Shown here in pieces: positions 35,660 through 43,129 of a stretch of 43,129 bases of DNA. Origin of the DNA: Thermoanaerobaculales bacterium (GTDB taxonomy: Bacteria; Acidobacteriota; Thermoanaerobaculia; Thermoanaerobaculales; Sulfomarinibacteraceae). The stretch is taken from assembly GCA_024763555.1 (NCBI GenBank), contig JANTFG010000003.1:1-43129 (forward strand), in the 5' to 3' direction. How positions within the stretch are numbered: position 1 is the stretch's first letter; each line of letters begins with the position of its first letter. The notes under the pieces were generated by a model. That model ran no database searches and was not told the origin of the DNA. It worked only from the letters and a program-made list of their open reading frames with translations. The position numbers and the translations under genes were made by a program.

Positions 35660-36112
35660 ATGAGATTCTTCGTTCCGGGCCGTCGTCTTCTGCCGCCCCT
35701 GCTCGTTATTTGTTCTTCCGTCGCCGGTTGCTTTGCCGGGGATCTCGAGTTCTCTCTTCGGATCGATGGGCGAACAGCCGGCGCCGGGCCGGCTCGCGAG
35801 GCGGCAATGGCCCTCTGGGATGACCCGATGAACCGCCTGATCAGAGATACCAACGCGGAACTCGGTCGCATCCTGGTGGGACAACCCGGCGGCATGACGG
35901 CCCCGTTGATCGGGATCAGCTTCCGGGCGGGTGTGCCGCCTGCGATCATTGCGGGTGTGATCGAGAACTCCCTGATCTCATCCCAGAGGGAAGTCACGAA
36001 GCTGGACTGGGATTCACCACCGACGGATGAAGAATTTCAAGAGCAGTTCATCAGGGAATTCACCCAGCGGCTTGAGGCTGCCGTCGGTCGAAGAGACGAA
36101 GAGAGACCTTGA
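35660..36112 (+). CDS. Hypothetical secreted protein
   Basis: Signal-like N-terminus. Confidence 0.5.
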   Translation: MRFFVPGRRLLPPLLVICSSVAGCFAGDLEFSLRIDGRTAGAGPAREAAMALWDDPMNRLIRDTNAELGRILVGQPGGMTAPLIGISFRAGVPPAIIAGVIENSLISSQREVTKLDWDSPPTDEEFQEQFIREFTQRLEAAVGRRDEERP

Positions 36113-36141
36113 AGAGAAGGCGAAGAAGCCCGGCTGAGAAC

Positions 36142-38364
36142 TCACTCGCCGCAGAACTGACCCTCCTCACAGACGCCCAGCTCGACCATCTCTGAATCTC
36201 GCCACCGAAAGAGCCGACAGTCCGGGCGGCAGACGCAGATTTCGTCGAGAGGCATCACCTCCCGGGCCAGGGTGGGGGCCGTCTGCTTCCTGAGTCCGAG
36301 CCAGGGTGAGACCTCGGCCCAGACCCGCCAGTTATCCGGCTCCACCAACACCAGGGAGTTCTTCGGCAGGGCTGAGAGCCGGCGGCTAAGACGTCCGTCG
36401 ACATCGTTGTAATTCCGGTAGAGATTCAGACGGCCGGGCAGGAGCAGAAGAGAGGACAGGCCCAGAGCAAGGGCGACGAGTACTGCCGATAGTCTGCGCC
36501 GGGCACTCTCTCCTTCTGCCAACAAAGTGAAGGATCGCGCCTGAAGTAACCAGAGAGGAATGCATGCGGCGAAGAGATAGCGCGGACCGTATCCATGGAG
36601 GCCGGTGGCCCGGACCGGCAGGAGACTGAAGAGGATGAGTCCTGCGATGCCGAGGAGCAAGCGATCCTCAAAGCTGCTCCTCCTGAGAAGAAAGGGAATG
36701 AGCGCCATACCGAGCGGCAAGCCGAGTCCGGCGGGCAAAAGCGGCCAGAACCATCCATTGAGAAGCGGAGGCAGCGAGGCCAGGAGGGTATCGATATTCC
36801 TCAGGCCTTCGAAGAGATAGCTCGTGGAGAGCATGGGGGCGCCCGCGAGAGCATAGGGAAAACGCCACCAGGCGCCGCTCAACAGTGCGTTGGCTCCAAG
36901 AATCGGAATCAGGACCGGAAGCGCGCCCGCTGACAGCGGCTTCAGAACGCTCCACTCGATCCTGTTCTTTTCGGGGAAGAGGAGATAGATGGCCATGGGG
37001 ACTGCTGCCACAAGGGCCGTCAGGGGCCGAATGCCGAAGGCGAGTGCCAGGCCCGCTCCGGCGAAAACCATCCGCCGGGCTGACGGAGATTCCTCGGTCC
37101 TCTCCCTGTCTCTCAGGACGAGGAGCAGCGCCAGAGCCAGCAGACTCGCGCAACCCGAGTGAGACAGACCCGATGAATAGAGGAGGGCGGCCAGGGGAGA
37201 GGCCAGCCCGAAAAGCGCCGCAATCAGGCCCATCCACTCCCCGCCCATCCGACGCCCGATGAGGCCCAGAAGAAGAATCAGCATCCCGTGGAAGAGTGCC
37301 GGCGTCAGGGTCGGGTTCCCAAGCGCAAGTCCGGAGGCAAGGATCAAGGGCCACGCCGGGGGATAGTGGCCGACTCGGCGCCCATTGCGGATGGTGCACA
37401 GGGGTATTTTCTCGAGTTCCGGGCAGGCTGGAAGCTCACCCGTCAGGCGACCCTGAAGGATCCAGCGGGCCTGGAGCAGGTTGATGACTTCGTCGGGGGT
37501 ATGAGGCAGCCCATCGAGAAGATTCCCAGCCGTCTGGAGTGACTGGATGACGGCCAGGATCGAGAGGGCGGCCAGAACTATGAAAAACAGGGTACGCCTC
37601 AAGGAGAGCTGCCGACGCTGATGATGTGTCGTGCCTCCCCGTCCGACCCCATCCTCTCGAGAGTTTGGCAGGGCCCCTCGCCACCATCGGGGCGAAATCA
37701 AAACGACGAAAAAAATAACAAAACACGCCGCCGCCAGGGCGCGGAAAGCGATCCCGACCAGGGCACGGAGATCGTCGACGGGTCGGGGATCAATCGATGA
37801 GGTGGCCAGAACCCGGTCTTCGCCATCTCTGATGAAGAGATCATTGTTGATCCAACCCCTCCGGAAACTCAGGCTGAAAGGATGATCGGCCTCAAACTCC
37901 AGACGCATCTCTTCGAGAAACCGCCCCCGGAATCGGGTCCTCAAAAGGAATGTCGACGCAATGTCGAGATCATAAGACCCAAGAACCCTGCGTGGCAAAA
38001 CCTCATCAACCCACCAGTCCCCTACGGGAGGCTTTCGCGGCACCTTCCACCAGAGTTCCGAAAAGGCCGGAAGGACGGCTTCCCGCCCCGCCTCTCTGAT
38101 CCGGATCTCTCCCCAACCGACCTGAGCCATGCCCTCCGGCGCACTGAGCCTCAACCTATGAATCTCTCCCGGCGAGAAGGGCAGACTCACTTCAGTGCCG
38201 GCAACTTCCCACCGAAGATGATCGCCCAGTACCTCGACTTCGACCGTCGTTGAGAGCGGAGAATACCAGGCTATCAGGCTCAGAAAGAGCGCAACAGTCA
38301 GCCACGACAGTGCGGCGATCCGCTTCGGAGGTGATCGCAGAGGAGGAGAGGTGTTCAGGATCAT
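36142..38364 (-). CDS. GT-C fold membrane glycosyltransferase (ArnT/PMT-like)
   Basis: PDE motif in the first loop, YPPAWP, multiple TM helices, GPRY. Confidence 0.75.
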   Translation of the reverse strand: MILNTSPPLRSPPKRIAALSWLTVALFLSLIAWYSPLSTTVEVEVLGDHLRWEVAGTEVSLPFSPGEIHRLRLSAPEGMAQVGWGEIRIREAGREAVLPAFSELWWKVPRKPPVGDWWVDEVLPRRVLGSYDLDIASTFLLRTRFRGRFLEEMRLEFEADHPFSLSFRRGWINNDLFIRDGEDRVLATSSIDPRPVDDLRALVGIAFRALAAACFVIFFVVLISPRWWRGALPNSREDGVGRGGTTHHQRRQLSLRRTLFFIVLAALSILAVIQSLQTAGNLLDGLPHTPDEVINLLQARWILQGRLTGELPACPELEKIPLCTIRNGRRVGHYPPAWPLILASGLALGNPTLTPALFHGMLILLLGLIGRRMGGEWMGLIAALFGLASPLAALLYSSGLSHSGCASLLALALLLVLRDRERTEESPSARRMVFAGAGLALAFGIRPLTALVAAVPMAIYLLFPEKNRIEWSVLKPLSAGALPVLIPILGANALLSGAWWRFPYALAGAPMLSTSYLFEGLRNIDTLLASLPPLLNGWFWPLLPAGLGLPLGMALIPFLLRRSSFEDRLLLGIAGLILFSLLPVRATGLHGYGPRYLFAACIPLWLLQARSFTLLAEGESARRRLSAVLVALALGLSSLLLLPGRLNLYRNYNDVDGRLSRRLSALPKNSLVLVEPDNWRVWAEVSPWLGLRKQTAPTLAREVMPLDEICVCRPDCRLFRWRDSEMVELGVCEEGQFCGE

Positions 38365-38382
38365 CCGCCCAGCCCAGCCGAA

Positions 38383-40149
38383 TCAGGCGAGACCCTTGTC
38401 TTCCATCCGGATCAACCCCAACTCTCTCAGGAGAAAAAGGGTCCTCGAGAATTCTTCGTCGCCTTCCCCGGACTGAAGTTCAGACACCGGTTTGGGAGCC
38501 TTCTCGAGAAGGCCGAGGAGGGCCTGCATTCTTCCGGCCAGCACGAGATTCCGCTTCTTCCGGGTATGGACGAGGGCGGCGCTCTTCCGCAAGTCATCAC
38601 CGAGATAACGCTTGATGAACTCCGGCGGCATGAATTCGAGAACCCCGATCTGAATCAGGTTCATGGTATCCAGGCAGAGCTTCTTTTCCAGGCCCTCCGG
38701 GATCTCTTCCGGAAAAAAGAAGTACTCTCCATCGGGCCAACAGAAAATCTCCAGCACGCGGCTGTGCAACTGCTCCGAGAGTTTCTCGAAGAGTTCACCC
38801 GGAGCCAGAATTTTTTCCCGAAGCATGAAATCCGTCAGGGCAAGCCCCTCCTCCCTGGACCGGGAAACCGCATCTTCAAGCTCATCCCTCGTGATCCGCC
38901 CCCCCGCAACAAGGAATTCCCCGAAAAGTTCTCCGAGGATATTTGAGCTGACGTCGAGGATCTGGCCCCGGGCAAAGAAGAGGGACTTTTCCACGGGAGA
39001 TCGGATCAGCTCCAGACGGCCCGTCCGCTCTTCGAGCAGCATCGAGGCAAAGAGTGCCGCAACAGAGGTCCGCCGAAGCTGTCCTGAAAGGCTCGCCTTC
39101 TCCCTCGGTCTCCCGGGTTCCTTCCTCACACGATCGGAACTGCCTACCCTGGCCGGGGTCCCTCCTTCCCAGTTCAGGAGCACCTGCTTGACAACCTTCT
39201 CCCAACGTCTGGTCTCCTCCAGCTCCGCCGCAAAAACACCACTGAGGAACTGTCCCATCTCTTCCCTCGGCATCGGGGCAATCGGCCCGACAGCTACAGC
39301 CTGCAGCTCGTCGATAAACTCGCGCGCCGAGTGATATCGCTTCTCCCGATCCCGATCCAGCGCCCGGGACAGGACATAAATCAGCTCCCTGGGAAGAGCG
39401 TCAAAATGTGAATCCCGGTCCACACCTTTTCGAATCGCCGTCAGAATTTCCAGGTTGTTACTCCCTCTCCGAAAAGCCTCCATGGTCAGCATTTCGGCGA
39501 GAACAACTCCCAGGGAAAAAACATCAGACCTCGCGTCAACCTCTTCCCCCCGGGCAGCCTCGGGGCTCATATAGCGAACCTTCCCCTTGATGACCCCCGC
39601 CTGGGTCATCTCCTCTCGATCTCTCGCCCTGGCCACGCCAAAATCCGTCAGCTTCACATCACCTGAAAAAGAAATCAGTATATTTCTCGGGCTGACATCC
39701 CGATGGACGATCTCCAGTCGTCGCCCATCCGGCCCGCAGAACTCGTGCGCGTGATGCAGCGCCCGAGCCACCTCCAGAGCCACTCGGACTGCGAGTGGCC
39801 AGGGGCAGGGCTCGGAGAGTTGCTTCAAGCGGTAAAGCAGTTCGTAAAGATCCCGACCCTGCACATACTCCATTGCGATAAAGGGCTGACCTCCGACCTG
39901 ACCGAGTTCGTAGATCTGCACAATGTTCGGATGCACCAGTTTCGACGCAATCTTCGCTTCGTCGATGAACATGTTGAGAAAATTCACCTGACGCAGGAGG
40001 TGGGGATGAATTTTCTTGATTGCCACCGGCTTTGAGAAGCCCCGCAAACCGGTGACGTGAGCCAGGAAAATATCCGCCATTCCTCCGGAGGCAATCTTCC
40101 TGACCAGCAGGTAGGAGCCGAATCGGATCAGTGGACGAGCCTTCTTCAC
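38383..40149 (-). CDS. Ser/Thr protein kinase with DUF4388-like C-terminal domain
   Basis: GGMA..AIK..HRDVSPRN..DFG..YMSPE; TGRLEL..SLFF..FCWPDGEY. Confidence 0.9.
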   Translation of the reverse strand: MKKARPLIRFGSYLLVRKIASGGMADIFLAHVTGLRGFSKPVAIKKIHPHLLRQVNFLNMFIDEAKIASKLVHPNIVQIYELGQVGGQPFIAMEYVQGRDLYELLYRLKQLSEPCPWPLAVRVALEVARALHHAHEFCGPDGRRLEIVHRDVSPRNILISFSGDVKLTDFGVARARDREEMTQAGVIKGKVRYMSPEAARGEEVDARSDVFSLGVVLAEMLTMEAFRRGSNNLEILTAIRKGVDRDSHFDALPRELIYVLSRALDRDREKRYHSAREFIDELQAVAVGPIAPMPREEMGQFLSGVFAAELEETRRWEKVVKQVLLNWEGGTPARVGSSDRVRKEPGRPREKASLSGQLRRTSVAALFASMLLEERTGRLELIRSPVEKSLFFARGQILDVSSNILGELFGEFLVAGGRITRDELEDAVSRSREEGLALTDFMLREKILAPGELFEKLSEQLHSRVLEIFCWPDGEYFFFPEEIPEGLEKKLCLDTMNLIQIGVLEFMPPEFIKRYLGDDLRKSAALVHTRKKRNLVLAGRMQALLGLLEKAPKPVSELQSGEGDEEFSRTLFLLRELGLIRMEDKGLA

Positions 40150-40374
40150 TCTTTCAGTGTAGACAATCCCCGAAAAAAACACACATCGGATCGGCAATGA
40201 AAGCAGGGAGGGGGCCCGATTTCCCCGGCTCAGCGAGTGGGGCGACCGGAGAGATCCCCGGGAAGCGGGTCGATGGTCTGCGCCCTCATCCAATGCGAAT
40301 CTCCTCAGAGATTCACCAATCTCAAATTCCCAATTGCAGTCTTTCCAGCGCCCGTCCCGAAGTCCGGCGCCGAA

Positions 40375-40740
40375 TCAGTGGCAACTCTGGTGAGTCCCAT
40401 CTCCGTGATCACAACTGGAAGTCCCCAGTTGGAGCGAACCGTCGAGATAGCCCTCAACAACCTGACGAACTCCGATGCTGGGCGCACCCAGAATGACCGC
40501 AACCCCATTCTCTTCAAACAACTGGATCGCACGGGGCCCCATGCCGCCGGTCACGACCACATCTGCGCCCATCTTCGAGATCCAGGCAGGAAGAACTCCC
40601 GGCTGGTGCGCCGGTGGAACAAGGACCTTCTCCTCGAGGACTTTCTTCGCTTCAGGATCCACTTCAAAGAAATGATAGTTCTGACATCGTCCGAAGTGCT
40701 GGCTCAAAAGCGATTCATTGGCGGGAATTGCAATCAGCAT
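40375..40740 (-). CDS. NifB/NifX family Fe-Mo cofactor-binding protein
   Basis: IAIP..HFGRC..GGMGPRA. Confidence 0.9.
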   Translation of the reverse strand: MLIAIPANESLLSQHFGRCQNYHFFEVDPEAKKVLEEKVLVPPAHQPGVLPAWISKMGADVVVTGGMGPRAIQLFEENGVAVILGAPSIGVRQVVEGYLDGSLQLGTSSCDHGDGTHQSCH

Positions 40741-40929
40741 CGATGACCTCCAAGTTCAGGCGGAGAAAAACCGCCATTCATCGCGGGAGAGTATATGCCC
40801 AAAAATCAAAGTTGCAAGTGCTTCAAGGAGGACCAACGACCCGCCCTCTGCGTGCTCCGAAATCTCTGGCCCTTTCCTCTCTTTTCTCCTGAGACCACCG
40901 GATGGTTCTCCTGTACTTGAGCCACCTCT

Positions 40930-41325
40930 TTACAAAGTCGGCGTCAGACCTGAGTCGATAATTCGTTTGTCGAGAGTGAGGAGAGTCGCGCCGAGAGCCC
41001 TTGAGGTTGCGACGAGTATTCTGTCGGCTGGATCACGGTGGAACGAATCGGGGAGTGAGGCGACCTCAGCGGCGATGACAGGTGAAATGCCGATACGGCG
41101 AACAAGCGGTGGCGCCACCGCACGTTCGAGCCAGTCTCGGAGGGGAAGCCGAAGCTTCAAGCGGCCGAGACTGGTCAGCGTTGAAATCTCCCACAAACTG
41201 ATATCTGAAATAACCAAAGGACTCTCAGCATCGGCGCTTGCCAGAGCTTCCTTTTGTGCCGCTAAGAGACGTGGATTTCGTTCAAACCACCAGACGATGA
41301 TGTGGGTATCGAGGAGATAGGTCAC
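40930..41325 (-). CDS. vapC: VapC PIN-domain toxin
   Basis: LLDTH..SLWEI..HRDPADRILVA..LLTLD. Confidence 0.93.
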   Translation of the reverse strand: MTYLLDTHIIVWWFERNPRLLAAQKEALASADAESPLVISDISLWEISTLTSLGRLKLRLPLRDWLERAVAPPLVRRIGISPVIAAEVASLPDSFHRDPADRILVATSRALGATLLTLDKRIIDSGLTPTL

Positions 41326-41570
41326 TCGAGCATACCCTGCTCAGCGTCCCAGTCTTCGGCCGGAATCGCCGGCTCAATAATGTCCCGGAGGGTTTCGACG
41401 GTGCCAAAGAGAGACTCTTGAGGGTGGCGGTGGGGGCTGGCTATGGCCGGCGAAAGCTGAGCAACTGGTCTCCCGTGTTTTGTGATCACGATAAGCTCCC
41501 CAGTCCTGGCGACCTCATCGAGGTACGCCAGACACTTGGCTTTGAAGTTCGTGGCTGAGACATTTATCAT
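41322..41570 (-). CDS. Phd/YefM antitoxin
   Basis: FKAKCLAYLDEV..ITKHGRPVAQL. Confidence 0.92.
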   Translation of the reverse strand: MINVSATNFKAKCLAYLDEVARTGELIVITKHGRPVAQLSPAIASPHRHPQESLFGTVETLRDIIEPAIPAEDWDAEQGMLE

Positions 41571-41727
41571 AGAACCAGTCTATCTGACCAGTCGTCTAAA
41601 ATCAACAGATCGAGAAAGGGAGATTCATTTTCCTATGCCACTGTCGCAATCGGCAGGGCGACACCAACTCCGGGATGCTGTGAGAACTGAGTCTTATGGA
41701 ATAGTATGATGGGCCCCTGGAGGCGAT

Positions 41728-42951
41728 ATGAGCAAGGGTGTCGGGGCACACAAGTGGCAGTTCAAGGCACGATTCCGACGACAGGCATTCGGGTGGAAAT
41801 CCCAGCCTGCCATCAAGCGCGTCCAGGAGGCCGTGTCCGAAATCAAGAGGGTCGCCCGTGCCGATCCGGTGCTCGCCGGCGAGGGCGCCGTTACTTTCCT
41901 CGAGAGGGTCTCGCCGGCACTGGAAAATGTCGACAGCTCCTCCGGCGCCATCGGCTCGGCGGTCAACACAGCGATTGTCGCTCTGGTCAAAATCATCGCG
42001 AAGGCCCCGGCCGACCCAAAGAAACGTGATGATTGGCTGGAGCGATTATTCGAAGCACATGCCGACGACGGGATCCCATATATCGAAATCCTCACCGATT
42101 TCTGGGGGGAACTGTGCGCTTCGCAGGAGGTGGCCTCACAGTGGGCGAGTCGCCTGCTCGACATCACACGCATGGCATTGAGCTCCGATAAGGATTTGCA
42201 CGGCCACTTTCACGGATCGACCGCCTGCCTCGCCTCACTTTTTGCCTCGGCTCGTTTTGACGAGCTCCTTGACATTGTCACGGAGGATTGTATCTGGCCC
42301 TACCGACAATGGGCGGTGAAGGCACTTGCCGCGCAGGGAAAGAATGCTGAAGCACTTCGCTACGCTGAAAGCTGCCGGAATCCATGGGCGAACGACCGCG
42401 AGATCGACCGGCTCTGTGAGGAAATTCTAATTTCCTCCGGCTTCTCCGAGGAGGCCTATCGCAAATATGGACTTTCAGCGAACCGCAAGAGTACCTATCT
42501 GGCGTGGTTTCGGGCAGTAGCAAAAAAATATCCCCACAAAACGCCGGCCGAGGCCCTCGAAGATCTGGTGGCCTTCACTCCCGGAGAGGAAGGAAAGTGG
42601 TTTGCTGCAGCCAAATCCGCCGAACTCTTCCAGGAGGCCATCGTGCTGGCAAACCGGACACCCTGTTCACCGCAGACTCTGACCCGTGCCGCACGTGATT
42701 TTGCCGAAAAAAACCCGGATTTTGCAGTAGAAAGCGGTCTAACGGCTCTCCGCTGGTTGGTCGAAGGTTACGGCTATGAGATCACCGGCCTCGACGTCTC
42801 AAACGCATACTCCTACACGATGAAGGCAGCCGACAACGCCGGTCGGACAAATGAAATCCGTAGCCGGATTCATCAACTCGTCTCAAGAGAAACCGTCGAT
42901 GGGCAATTCGTAAGAAGGATCCTCTGCAGGCAGCTGGAGCTTTCATCATGA
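41728..42951 (+). CDS. Conserved hypothetical alpha-helical protein
   Basis: 407-aa ORF with GGAGG RBS. Confidence 0.75.
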   Translation: MSKGVGAHKWQFKARFRRQAFGWKSQPAIKRVQEAVSEIKRVARADPVLAGEGAVTFLERVSPALENVDSSSGAIGSAVNTAIVALVKIIAKAPADPKKRDDWLERLFEAHADDGIPYIEILTDFWGELCASQEVASQWASRLLDITRMALSSDKDLHGHFHGSTACLASLFASARFDELLDIVTEDCIWPYRQWAVKALAAQGKNAEALRYAESCRNPWANDREIDRLCEEILISSGFSEEAYRKYGLSANRKSTYLAWFRAVAKKYPHKTPAEALEDLVAFTPGEEGKWFAAAKSAELFQEAIVLANRTPCSPQTLTRAARDFAEKNPDFAVESGLTALRWLVEGYGYEITGLDVSNAYSYTMKAADNAGRTNEIRSRIHQLVSRETVDGQFVRRILCRQLELSS

Positions 42952-43032
42952 AGCTTTGGCCCCGAGGCCATCTCGCAGCTTCCCCCGACTCTCAGTGCCC
43001 AGTTCCTCACCCGCCACCGTAATTTTCATCCC

Positions 43033-43129
43033 GAGGCTATTGCGCTGCTTACAAGTTGTTGGGTTACAACAGGATATAGGTGAGTCGAAAAGTGCTTCAC
43101 CCCAGGAATCAGCGGTTGATCTCATCCAA
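43033..43129 (+). repeat. 97-bp direct repeat, copy 2 (runs off the window end)
   Basis: Matches 32285-32381. Confidence 0.9.

Noticed and set aside
34907-35884. 325-aa minus-strand ORF
   Set aside because: It overlaps two plus-strand genes and is kept open by hexamer repeats.

Overview
GC-rich bacterial window. The FADGFE and IPTL-CTERM motifs suggest Acidobacteriota/Thermoanaerobaculia, but this is inference only. Bases ~520-21,750 form a large chromosomal integron cassette array: a 3'-truncated intI remnant, an attI-like site and about 35 co-oriented ORFs. These include Mrr, Abi_C, DUF2200, DUF4240, DUF695, RraB-like, YggL, HD hydrolase, six type II TA pairs and many hypotheticals. The most unusual feature is that many cassette junctions are not plain attC sites. 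They are 100-340 bp compound repeats (14 copies share the core CAAGCATGAAAAGC) built from an attC hairpin, a conserved non-coding leader and an attI-like AA-N7-TT simple site with a non-canonical A|TT crossover. The resident attI region is also copied inside the array. The rest of the window holds an AAA+/DUF4143 gene, a RAYT-like remnant with inverted repeats, a YiiX-type peptidase, secreted repeat proteins, MATE pumps, a triple-FKBP PPIase, two VapC TA pairs, a GT-C glycosyltransferase, a Ser/Thr kinase and several dispersed DNA repeats. All calls come from reading the sequence by eye; no searches were run.
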